From positions 33,102-97,101 of IMG/VR virus record IMGVR_UViG_3300045988_087149: 64,000 nucleotides of DNA. One strand, written 5' to 3'. The first letter of the stretch is position 1, and each line of letters begins with the position of its first letter. The notes beneath the pieces were generated by a model that saw only the letters and a list, made by a program, of their open reading frames with translations, was not told the DNA's origin and did no database searches. Both the position numbers and the translations under genes were made by a program. Below, piece by piece: positions 36,987 through 45,080 of the stretch. Source of the DNA: a virus.

Positions 36987-37296
36987 ATCACACCCGTCCT
37001 GAGCCGCAACGCACCACCAAGATTATATATAGGCACATATTACTGGGGAAAATTCGCTTGACCTAATCCGTACACGCACACATAAGAAAATCCGGCTCGA
37101 TTTTTTTGCGCTGAGCCATTATATGTACTGTATATTGCTGGGAAAAATGTAAAAAATTGTAAGGTGCGATCATGCTCATGCCCGCTCGACCCCTCGATTT
37201 TTTACTTCATTTGAGTAAAGCATGATGGGAAAATATGATAATTAAAGCCGTCTAACCAGATTTGTAAAAAAATGGAAATGGCCTGAAAAGTTGAAA

Positions 37297-37315
37297 TTTG
37301 TGCAGATTGCACAAA
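37297..37315. promoter_or_regulatory. Perfect inverted repeat TTTGTGCA-gat-TGCACAAA (operator-like)
   Basis: Read directly. The half-site TTGCACAAA recurs at 39983, 40204 and 40688, each near a promoter. Confidence 0.45.
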
Positions 37316-37384
37316 CATGAGTTAAATGCATTTAACCGATGGTCGACCTTCCCCTCCTCATAGGTGCTTCCCTAGGTCATTTTG

Positions 37385-37413
37385 ATTATAGCAGATCGTG
37401 CGCCATATGTCAA
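37385..37413 (-). promoter_or_regulatory. Sigma70-type promoter, TTGACA-17-TATAAT, facing a non-coding stretch
   Basis: Reverse complement reads TTGACAtatggcgcacgatctgcTATAAT. Confidence 0.65.
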
Positions 37414-37583
37414 CGAAAAAATTGCATAAAAATAAGCCGTCCATTTTGGGCATATTGTACAATACCATTTTGGCGGCTTTGACGGCTTTACACGGCGCGA
37501 ACTATGCTAGAGCTATAGAAACATAGGGAAGCAAAGAAAAGCCCGTAGCATTCAAGCTACAGGCTTTAGGGCTGTTATTCAGT

Positions 37584-37892
37584 TCACGGCAGTAAATCAT
37601 ATCTATCATATCGGGCCGATACAATCATGTCATCGTGTACGTCTTGCGTTCCCATATCGCAGAAGATACAAGTGATATCGTCTCCCACTTCATAGTCTCC
37701 CGCGTCCGTATCGAATGCATAGACCATGCCACCCGAATTTTGAACGGAAACGCGCTCCGTGTCCTTGTCTACGGTCTCAACTGCAATACAGCGGCTTGCA
37801 TCGGCATAGATTCCATATTTTAGGATATTCTTTTCCTTCGTAGCGGAAAACAGCGAAGAAATCAGCATTGCAATAGTAATAATGGCCTTCAT
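37584..37892 (-). CDS. Small secreted protein (102 aa)
   Basis: ORF track. N-terminal signal-like MKAIITIAMLISSLFSA. Confidence 0.5.
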   Translation of the reverse strand: MKAIITIAMLISSLFSATKEKNILKYGIYADASRCIAVETVDKDTERVSVQNSGGMVYAFDTDAGDYEVGDDITCIFCDMGTQDVHDDMIVSARYDRYDLLP

Positions 37893-38171
37893 TTTATATT
37901 CATTCCTTTCTTATCGATATATTTTTATCGTTTTACAATTACAAGCGGTACAACATCCGGCGAAAAAGTAATTTCATACCATCCGGAAATATCGCCGTTG
38001 TATTGCATAAATTGACTGTTTTTCAAATACTCGATATAGTACACTTGTTTTACCTCTTTTCTCACGCCTTCAGCGCCTTGCTACAGGCTTTTTAGCGCGT
38101 CGGCATATAGTTTTATATTTTTTCTGTTTGCGGCGTGTCGGGCTTGCTAGGCCGTCTCACCAAGCAATCAC

Positions 38172-38378
38172 TTACAATTTTTTTACACTTTGTACCCGCT
38201 CGACCACCTTGTAAAAAAGTGGCAGAATCTCGACGGGTGCGGGCTTGCTTCTTGACGCTGGCAACAATTTACAAATTTGTAAATAGTCTTCGTCACTGTC
38301 AATGTGATAACTGATAGAATCTGCCAGTTTCTGAAGCTGGTATAATTTTGAATCCCAGTATTTTACAGTATGTTTCAC
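38172..38378 (-). CDS. Hypothetical protein (68 aa)
   Basis: ORF track. 4-nt overlap with the upstream ORF. Confidence 0.45.
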   Translation of the reverse strand: MKHTVKYWDSKLYQLQKLADSISYHIDSDEDYLQICKLLPASRSKPAPVEILPLFYKVVERVQSVKKL

Positions 38379-38557
38379 ATTATGCCTTCTTTCTGCATGA
38401 TTCTATAAATATTTTCCGCGCTTTCTATAGTTTCGATAACGATATTTCCTTCTTTATCCTTCCACCATATCAATTTGTTATTATTTATCAAATGCGGGAA
38501 ATCGTCAGGAAATACCGCTGATTTTTTGTTTTTAAGTTGCGGATTTATAATAAACAT
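38375..38557 (-). CDS. Hypothetical protein (60 aa)
   Basis: ORF track. Confidence 0.45.
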   Translation of the reverse strand: MFIINPQLKNKKSAVFPDDFPHLINNNKLIWWKDKEGNIVIETIESAENIYRIMQKEGIM

Positions 38558-38560
38558 ATT

Positions 38561-38683
38561 TTAACCCCCTAAAATTTTCTCGATTAAATACGGAATGAAA
38601 AACAGACTTCCAATAGCTACTAGACCGCCCAGAAAGTGGAAAATCCAGTAAATGGGATTCAAGCGACGCTTACGTCTTTTCAT
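38561..38683 (-). CDS. Small membrane protein (40 aa)
   Basis: Below the track cutoff. MKRRKRRLNPIYWIFHFLGGLVAIGSLFFIPYLIEKILGG. ATGA overlap with the upstream stop. Confidence 0.4.
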   Translation of the reverse strand: MKRRKRRLNPIYWIFHFLGGLVAIGSLFFIPYLIEKILGG

Positions 38684-38883
38684 ATAGAATAAACTCCATT
38701 CTTATTTTCTGATTTTAATTTACAGATTGTGACAAAAGTAGTATCAAAATATTTGATAGCTTTTTCTTTTGCTTCATCTTCGTTATCTGCTAAAATAATC
38801 AATGGATCAAAATTTTCTGTATATATTTTATATGCGACAAAAATATGTTTTGCAATGGTGCAATATGCATCTTCTTTAGTCAT
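38680..38883 (-). CDS. Hypothetical protein (67 aa)
   Basis: ORF track. Confidence 0.45.
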   Translation of the reverse strand: MTKEDAYCTIAKHIFVAYKIYTENFDPLIILADNEDEAKEKAIKYFDTTFVTICKLKSENKNGVYSI

Positions 38884-38886
38884 ATT

Positions 38887-39099
38887 TTAAGCCTCCTTCA
38901 TCATTGGCGTGATTTCGTAGACATTTAACCACAAACCGCCGATAACATAACCAGTGTGATACACTTTTCCGTCTTCTCCGTCAACGTACATCTTTTCGGC
39001 GTGACTGCATCCGATTTTTTCCATCAAATCTTTGCGCGGGTGCTCCAAGTTTTGCCAAATCTGCCCATATTGATCGATTGCAATATACTGTTTTTTCAT
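38887..39099 (-). CDS. Hypothetical protein (70 aa)
   Basis: ORF track. GGAGGAAATTTACA upstream of the ATG. Confidence 0.5.
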   Translation of the reverse strand: MKKQYIAIDQYGQIWQNLEHPRKDLMEKIGCSHAEKMYVDGEDGKVYHTGYVIGGLWLNVYEITPMMKEA

Positions 39100-39181
39100 T
39101 GTAAATTTCCTCCAAATTCTAAAAAATGTTCATGGAATAGGGCTTTTTGAGCGGAAACCCTTTAGAAACCGCGTGAAAATG

Positions 39182-39430
39182 TTATTCTTCTTCTCCGTCC
39201 TGTTCTTTAATAATATCCTCGAAAGAATCATATCCAAGCCACTCCGCAATCGTGTCTTCTTCAAACCAGAACAAATCATTAATTGCGGTTTCATCCATGC
39301 CTTCCGGGTTGCATTCTTCAAGAATGGATTCAATCTGATCAAGTTCACACGGAGTTAGATACTTAACGGTGTCTTTGGCTCCGCTCCAAAATTCAAAATC
39401 GCGCAAGCTTTTTTCAGTGTAAATCTTCAT
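39182..39430 (-). CDS. Highly acidic small protein (82 aa)
   Basis: ORF track. AGGAGGAACAAAAAAATG start region. About 30 percent D+E, with C-terminal DGEEE. Confidence 0.55.
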   Translation of the reverse strand: MKIYTEKSLRDFEFWSGAKDTVKYLTPCELDQIESILEECNPEGMDETAINDLFWFEEDTIAEWLGYDSFEDIIKEQDGEEE

Positions 39431-39453
39431 TTTTTTGTTCCTCCTAAAATATA

Positions 39454-39666
39454 TTATTTTTCAAACTGTTTACGGAATTCTTTCTGATGGCGCGTTGTGG
39501 TATTGCTCCATTTTCCGAGCTCTTCTACTTTGCCGTTAACACAACGAGAAACAATTGTATTGTAACTCTGGAGTTCAAGCGTTCCGTTTTCGTAGTCGAT
39601 AACGTGTGCTTTGCCGTAAAAGCTCTTGCGTGCGTCGAATTGGGCCTCAAGTTCATAAATTCTCAT
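39454..39666 (-). CDS. Hypothetical protein (70 aa)
   Basis: ORF track. AGGAGGAAACAAAAACAATG start region. ...SYNTIVS...WSNTTTRHQKEF resembles a small family I associate with Firmicutes conjugative elements (from memory). Confidence 0.5.
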   Translation of the reverse strand: MRIYELEAQFDARKSFYGKAHVIDYENGTLELQSYNTIVSRCVNGKVEELGKWSNTTTRHQKEFRKQFEK

Positions 39667-39752
39667 TGTTTTTGTTTCCTCCTGTTTTGTTTAGATTTTA
39701 TCCCGACGCCCGGAGGCGTTTCGTCTTACTCTGCCAAGACTCATCAGGGGAT

Positions 39753-39911
39753 TTACAATTTAATTCCATGTGAACAAATTTTTTCAAGTTCATCTTTACT
39801 TAGAGTATTATAAACGCCGTCGTAAAGATTCCCATTTTTCAAATATCTATCCGGAAGCCGCTTGATAAGTGTTACTACGGTATAAAGATCTTTTGCGGAA
39901 ATAAGGTACAT
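39753..39911 (-). CDS. Hypothetical protein (52 aa from the ATG at 39911)
   Basis: The track ORF extends to 39974, but GGAGGAACAAAAAAATG precedes 39911 and the promoter at 39946-39974 lies inside the longer version. Confidence 0.45.
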   Translation of the reverse strand: MYLISAKDLYTVVTLIKRLPDRYLKNGNLYDGVYNTLSKDELEKICSHGIKL

Positions 39912-39945
39912 TTTTTTGTTCCTCCATGTTTGATTTTGTGTCTTT

Positions 39946-39974
39946 ATTATAGCGTTGATTTTTCTTTTTGTCAA
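39946..39974 (-). promoter_or_regulatory. Sigma70-type promoter, TTGACA-17-TATAAT
   Basis: Reverse complement reads TTGACAaaaagaaaaatcaacgcTATAAT. A TTGCACAAA half-site lies just upstream. Confidence 0.65.
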
Positions 39975-40052
39975 TCGGCAGATTGCACAAAATTTATGAA
40001 ATGTTTTTGTTTATTTTAGCGGTCAGCCGGATATTTCACCGGCTTTCCCGCG

Positions 40053-40130
40053 TCACTGCTTAGATATAATTTCTAGCAGCTCCGCGATTCTTTCAAGCGC
40101 GTTTGCTATGCGCTCCAGAATCGCTTTCAT
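40053..40130 (-). CDS. Possible 25-aa helical mini-protein
   Basis: GGGAGGTGAAAACATG start region downstream of the promoter at 40156-40184. MKAILERIANALERIAELLEIISKQ. Confidence 0.35.
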   Translation of the reverse strand: MKAILERIANALERIAELLEIISKQ

Positions 40131-40155
40131 GTTTTCACCTCCCTTGCATGGTTAT

Positions 40156-40184
40156 ATGATATCGCAGAATGCCGGAAAAGTCAA
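40156..40184 (-). promoter_or_regulatory. Sigma70-type promoter, TTGACT-17-TATCAT
   Basis: Reverse complement reads TTGACTtttccggcattctgcgaTATCAT. Confidence 0.5.
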
Positions 40185-40297
40185 TAGCTCTGTTATAAAA
40201 ATATTGCACAAAAAAGAGCGGCTGATTTTATACAAATTGACGAAACGGATATAGGTATAAAAATCCCGGCCAGCTATGACAGCCAGCCGGGAAAATA

Positions 40298-40603
40298 TCA
40301 CATAATTTTAAACCATTCAGCAAATGGCGCTTTATAATATCCGACAACGTGTTTGACGTCTGTTTTTGTCCAATGCGTTCTACGCTCAAGTTTTGCGCGG
40401 TATGCAGTGCGTTTAATATCGGACTCCACTTTTTCGGCCTTGCCGTCCTTTACCATGATGCGCATAAGATATATTGTATCTGGGTTATACTGTTTATCAG
40501 CTTCGAGCATTGCGTCACTAAGCGTCTTTGCCTCAAGTTTGCGATACTCACTTGCAAGTGGTTTGTAGTTCGCGCGATAATCAATATAAAGTACGTATTT
40601 CAT
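40298..40603 (-). CDS. Hypothetical protein (101 aa)
   Basis: ORF track. GAAAGGAAGC upstream. Confidence 0.5.
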   Translation of the reverse strand: MKYVLYIDYRANYKPLASEYRKLEAKTLSDAMLEADKQYNPDTIYLMRIMVKDGKAEKVESDIKRTAYRAKLERRTHWTKTDVKHVVGYYKAPFAEWFKIM

Positions 40604-40869
40604 TGTAATAGCTTCCTTTCAAAATGTTTTTTATTTCATTTGATGCCAAGATAATATCATATCGAACCGTCTTTGTCTATTGACATTTTGCACAAAAGTT
40701 ATATTCTTGAATTGTATAAAATGACAATAGGTTATTTTGTCCAGATACCGAAAAAGCTATGAAGCCGCTCAGAGGCTCTAGAAGCCCCGTAGCGCCGTTT
40801 TTAGGCCAAGACGTGAAATCATACGGCAAAGAAAAGTATTCCGTTATACGCTTTTCATGCAATTTTATT

Positions 40870-41340
40870 ATTCACTGTTTTGATAGTAAATAACTATAAT
40901 ATACAAGTAAAAAGTTAGAATATACTAGAATTGATTGAATTATTGTATATATATGATATGAATATACTGCATGATTATTCATTCATTGCTTATTAGTACA
41001 ATATCTTAATAGTTATATAAATATAATTATATCGATATTGATTATTGTATGTTTTTATCGATAGATTATATTGGTATAAGTAGCTATATATTGTACTGAT
41101 TATAATAGTTACAATATGTTGCATAGTGGTAACAGTATTTGAATATCGATATAATAGTATTTAATATGATATCTTGTGTAGTGTATTAGATGGTATAGTA
41201 TGGTATAGTAGTTTGTATAATATAGATAGTTGAGTAAATGGGGTTTACTGGTAAGTGTAAATATGGTTTACCAAAAAGCGCATAATGTGTAATGTGTATG
41301 CGCGTATGAACTGTATTAGTTCGATTGATACAGTTGGAAA
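40870..41340. repeat. Very AT-rich tract packed with TATAAT/GTATAG/ATTGTA-like words, including the tandem TGGTATAGTA x2 (41191-41210)
   Basis: Read directly. No ORF. Confidence 0.6.
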
Positions 41341-41817
41341 AATTTTACTCTACAATTGTAGAATAAGATTGACTCGCATAATCATGCGATAAATATCGCA
41401 TTTTCATATGAAACAGTGGGAAAGTGCTATTTTCAGGCGTTTTTACTACTGGCAGTATTTTACAGTACCGGGGCATGGTTATGGATGAGAATGGTAGAAA
41501 TGGGAGAAAATGGCACTTAGCACAACAAATCACATAACATGTAATACATCATCTATTTTAACAAACTATATACTACGCAATTCGCAATCCAAACTATGCA
41601 CCTTATAAATATTTAAGAACAGCACAATTAAAAAAATCAATCCAATAATTTTAATTAAACTTAATGATCTAACATATAATTAAACCAAGTTTTAATTATT
41701 CATAATTTACAATTTGTTAACAAATAACAAATAAAAATATGGTATAATTAGATAATGATAAAAAGTTGTACAATCGATGATACTAATATAATACGCTAGT
41801 ATTATTATAGTGTCACG

Positions 41818-41851
41818 CAATGTACAAAAATTTTACATCAATGTACAAAAA
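41818..41851 (+). promoter_or_regulatory. Two 13-nt direct repeats CAATGTACAAAAA spaced 21 bp apart (operator-like) in the leader of the 41870 gene
   Basis: Copies at 41818-41830 and 41839-41851. Confidence 0.45.
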
Positions 41852-41869
41852 AATAGAAAGGAAGAAAAT

Positions 41870-42910
41870 ATGACAAGTAAACCAAAATATCTGCCATCCA
41901 ATGAAGACAATAAGCTAATTGACGCTCTTATTAAAATAGAAGGGCGCGAATTGAAATATCCAGAATTATGCCGCGCATTAGACATCCCAACCAAATCTGG
42001 AAACACTAAGATTTCCCAACTAGATAAAGTTCGAAATTATTGTCAACTAGATACTCTAGAACATCCAACCCGTTATATTGTCCAAGAGGTCTATCCTGAA
42101 GCAGATGCCCTTATCAATGAGCTAGATAAAGACTCATACCAAGCCGCATTTGAAGCTGCTCTTTATCAAATATTTCTAAAGACAAACTGCGCTACCATAT
42201 ATGCGTCAACCAGCAATCTGTTGAGAATGTTCCAAGAGGTCAATGATAATTTCAGCTATACATATAGCCAAGCCGTAGAAAATTCAGAGCATTATGGCTA
42301 TATGAGTTTGGTCAATGGTGTTGTGTATAATATTCTTGCTCAATGGACTAGGCGCAAATTACTAACCATGAAGAACCGTTATGTTATTGATCTGAATAGA
42401 GGCTATAGACTCTATAAGCAACGATACAACCCAGAGGGAAAAGAAACATGGCTCGAAACATATGATGTACCAGAAGATAGCGCAGATCATCAAACCTGCC
42501 TGTCCATCTATTCTAAAGCCGTCAATGAGATAATGCCGCCAAATTGGGGCAAAGTCATAGACAATAGGGTCTACAAGCCATATGTGTCCATAGAGCAATA
42601 TAAGGCGTTTGAGGCGCGGCTTACTCAATTAACCCAAGAGGCATTTGGCGGCGAATATGTTAAAGTTAAAGAGGTTTATATCATCAAGCCAGCCACAAAG
42701 GAATGGATAGCTAACCGGCTATTAGATGTATATGAGCATTATCCCAGTTTTGAGAAAATCAATAAAGAGGCATGTACTAAGATTATTCAGACCAGCCAGC
42801 TTAGTTGTATTACTGGCAAACAGCGGCGCGAATTTATTGACATCAATATGAACAATAAGCAGAGTGACAAGCTCAAGGATTTAGTCGCTAGTGAAAAGTG
42901 TAATCAATAA
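41870..42910 (+). CDS. Hypothetical protein (346 aa from the ATG at 41870), possible N-terminal DNA-binding domain
   Basis: The track ORF starts at a GTG at 41810, but AAAGGAAGAAAATATG gives a proper RBS for 41870 (MTSKPKYLPS...). Confidence 0.55.
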   Translation: MTSKPKYLPSNEDNKLIDALIKIEGRELKYPELCRALDIPTKSGNTKISQLDKVRNYCQLDTLEHPTRYIVQEVYPEADALINELDKDSYQAAFEAALYQIFLKTNCATIYASTSNLLRMFQEVNDNFSYTYSQAVENSEHYGYMSLVNGVVYNILAQWTRRKLLTMKNRYVIDLNRGYRLYKQRYNPEGKETWLETYDVPEDSADHQTCLSIYSKAVNEIMPPNWGKVIDNRVYKPYVSIEQYKAFEARLTQLTQEAFGGEYVKVKEVYIIKPATKEWIANRLLDVYEHYPSFEKINKEACTKIIQTSQLSCITGKQRREFIDINMNNKQSDKLKDLVASEKCNQ

Positions 42911-42911
42911 A

Positions 42912-42961
42912 AAATCTGCCCCAATTTATTCCCTACATATATAGGGTCTTTGGGCAGATTT
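42912..42961. terminator. Bidirectional terminator between convergent genes
   Basis: AAATCTGCCC ... GGGCAGATTT 10-bp stem enclosing an inner CCCTA/TAGGG hairpin. A-run on the left, T-rich on the right. Confidence 0.6.
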
Positions 42962-42965
42962 CATT

Positions 42966-43271
42966 TTATTCAGTTGTATTACAAGTTGAGCCTTCATTAT
43001 AAATAAATGGCGGATCACCTGTATTCACATACGTTTCTCCATTCCACACGTATTTTTGACCAGTGGAAATTTCGGCGCTTCTCCAATTTGTCACAAATTG
43101 CTTATATTTGCATCCTAGCGTCGCTTCTACACATTCGGGCCAATTCGAATTTTCTCTCAGTTGTTTATATTCTGCTTCAGCTCGTTTCACATCTTCACTA
43201 AATTTGCAGATACGCCAATTCGAGCATCCATCGCATACCGATACCTCATTTGTGTTCATTGTAATTTTCAT
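42966..43271 (-). CDS. Cys-rich hypothetical protein (101 aa)
   Basis: ORF track. Confidence 0.5.
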   Translation of the reverse strand: MKITMNTNEVSVCDGCSNWRICKFSEDVKRAEAEYKQLRENSNWPECVEATLGCKYKQFVTNWRSAEISTGQKYVWNGETYVNTGDPPFIYNEGSTCNTTE

Positions 43272-43579
43272 CCTTGTCTCACCACCATCAATGTTCCGCG
43301 CAAAATTCCATCATCTCCATATTCATATTTTATATAATCACCCATTGCAAGATGTCTAAATATTTGTTGTTCTACATCTGTTTTAGCCATTGGTTGACTA
43401 TTTGTATAATCATAAGCTATATATTTGTATCGATTCATGTCAACACATTCTTCGATTTTTTCAATAGGTTTTTGTGTCTGAATGATAGTTTGAGTATATT
43501 TAGCACAATTACTACATGGCGCAACATAACCGCCCAATTTTCTAATCAACCAATGTTTGAATTTAGTCCACATTATCAT
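43268..43579 (-). CDS. Hypothetical protein (103 aa)
   Basis: ORF track. 4-nt overlaps at both ends. Confidence 0.5.
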   Translation of the reverse strand: MIMWTKFKHWLIRKLGGYVAPCSNCAKYTQTIIQTQKPIEKIEECVDMNRYKYIAYDYTNSQPMAKTDVEQQIFRHLAMGDYIKYEYGDDGILRGTLMVVRQG

Positions 43580-43779
43580 TTATCAACACCCCTGTTCCAT
43601 GCCTCGACCGCTTCAAGGTATGCGTTCATATTCCATGCCGTTTTCAGTGCAACGGATGTCCCGCATTTCCTACACTTTACTTTAAGAACCATAATATTCT
43701 TCCCGAAATTACACGATCCGCCTGTTTCTTCGACTTCTCCTCCGCAGAATGGGTACGGTTTTAATTCAACCATTGCCAT
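43576..43779 (-). CDS. Lar-family restriction-alleviation-like protein (67 aa)
   Basis: LKPYPFCGGE ... CRKCG ... AVEAWNRG matches the Lar family pattern (CPFCG ... WN-R). Confidence 0.6.
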   Translation of the reverse strand: MAMVELKPYPFCGGEVEETGGSCNFGKNIMVLKVKCRKCGTSVALKTAWNMNAYLEAVEAWNRGVDK

Positions 43780-44059
43780 CCCTCCTATTCCATGCCTCTA
43801 TTACATCGATTTTTCTAAAATAGAACTGTGTCTCTACGTTACAATTTGAGCATTTAGCATGATACGTTTCGCCACTATCCCAAAATGAATCTTTTATTCT
43901 AATAATGTCAATCGATTTACAGCCGCAGAATGGACATGACTTCAGCTTAGTTATTCTTCTTGTCCTCCTTGGTCGGCTTAAGCCATTCTTTGATTTGCAT
44001 CGCGCAGGAGCAGCAAAGCTCAATATCAGGGGATTCCTCATGGAACGCGCTTCGTACAT
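43766..44059 (-). CDS. Second Lar-family-like protein (core about 60 aa; start uncertain)
   Basis: LKSCPFCGCKS ... CSNCN ... VIEAWNRR. The track N-terminus overlaps ORF 43947..44162 by 113 nt. I found no canonical start closer to the core. Confidence 0.45.
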   Translation of the reverse strand: MYEARSMRNPLILSFAAPARCKSKNGLSRPRRTRRITKLKSCPFCGCKSIDIIRIKDSFWDSGETYHAKCSNCNVETQFYFRKIDVIEAWNRRDGNG

Positions 44060-44162
44060 TTACATACGTCGCAGAACTTGTGGGGTTTATCTCCGCCCCG
44101 CAGCGATCACATACTCGTTTTGTTGCCATCCTACTTTCCTCCATTTCAATCTTCTTTTTCAA
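43947..44162 (-). CDS. Zinc-finger hypothetical protein (71 aa)
   Basis: ORF track. CDRCG ... CCSC. Confidence 0.45.
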   Translation of the reverse strand: MKKKIEMEESRMATKRVCDRCGAEINPTSSATYVNVRSAFHEESPDIELCCSCAMQIKEWLKPTKEDKKNN

Positions 44163-44328
44163 GTTTGTTTATGTAATTTTCAATAATTTTATTAGATTGA
44201 TTTATCATATTAACTAATCCACCAAGCCCAACAACGATGTTCCATTCGTCTGTACCAATTTGGTAATAGTCACATCCAGCACATTCGATTGGCTTGATTT
44301 CTATATAATCTTGAGTGATATATCTCAT
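44146..44328 (-). CDS. Hypothetical protein (60 aa)
   Basis: ORF track. Confidence 0.4.
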   Translation of the reverse strand: MRYITQDYIEIKPIECAGCDYYQIGTDEWNIVVGLGGLVNMINQSNKIIENYINKLEKED

Positions 44329-44778
44329 TTAATCAATCCTTTCTTCAGCAATTCCATCAGCCGTACTATAGCAGATATGCTTAATTCCCAATTCTTTTAT
44401 ATATTTCATACAAGCAGGACATGGGCGCGCCATTGCTTTGTTCCCATTTGCATATTCACGATATACATATAGTGTCGATTTGCTAAAATCAATGTCCAGA
44501 TATTTTACTTTGTTCAATGCCCTGATTTCAGCATGAAGCGAATTTACCACGCCACTCTGATTGGGGTCAAATTCACGCTCTGCATTAAGCCGCTTCTGCA
44601 ACGGGCTTGTTTTAGTGCTATTGCATCCTGTAGCAAGTAATACACCCTTATAATACAGAGCTGCGCCAAGATGGTATCTGGGAAATTCAGATTCTTTGCT
44701 TGCTCTACAAGCTGATTCAATGCCGCGCTTAGTTCTCTGATTCATTTGATTCTTTATGTTCTTCATCAAGCCAATCAA
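44329..44778 (-). CDS. dCMP/cytidine deaminase family protein (149 aa; possible ATG start at 44766)
   Basis: Zinc-binding motifs HAEIRAL and PCPACMKYI. Confidence 0.8.
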   Translation of the reverse strand: MIGLMKNIKNQMNQRTKRGIESACRASKESEFPRYHLGAALYYKGVLLATGCNSTKTSPLQKRLNAEREFDPNQSGVVNSLHAEIRALNKVKYLDIDFSKSTLYVYREYANGNKAMARPCPACMKYIKELGIKHICYSTADGIAEERID

Positions 44779-44897
44779 TCCAGCATTCCGTACATGATTT
44801 GAGAATGTTGGGGCAATGATGATGAGGACATGGCTTTGACATATTTGTAATAATTTGTTCTCTAGGCTGGTTCATCAACCATTCACGATTAGTCATT

Positions 44898-45080
44898 CTA
44901 CACCTCGCCTTTAATTAAGTATTTGTGACATTTACAGATAATATCAATAGCTCTTTCGGCTGGAAAGAAATTAGCAAATCTCTCGTCAAAAATACCGTAT
45001 TTCACAAAATCTGCTTTATCATCTACTTCAGCTTGCTTAAACATCTCTACCGCATCATTAAGTCTGATATAAACAGCCAT
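44898..45080 (-). CDS. Hypothetical protein (60 aa), TAG stop
   Basis: ORF track. Confidence 0.4.
   Translation of the reverse strand: MAVYIRLNDAVEMFKQAEVDDKADFVKYGIFDERFANFFPAERAIDIICKCHKYLIKGEV

Noticed and set aside
41345-41533. 62-aa minus-strand ORF, and 40677..40862 (61 aa)
   Set aside because: They are isolated in gene-free AT-rich DNA, have no RBS and show implausible composition.
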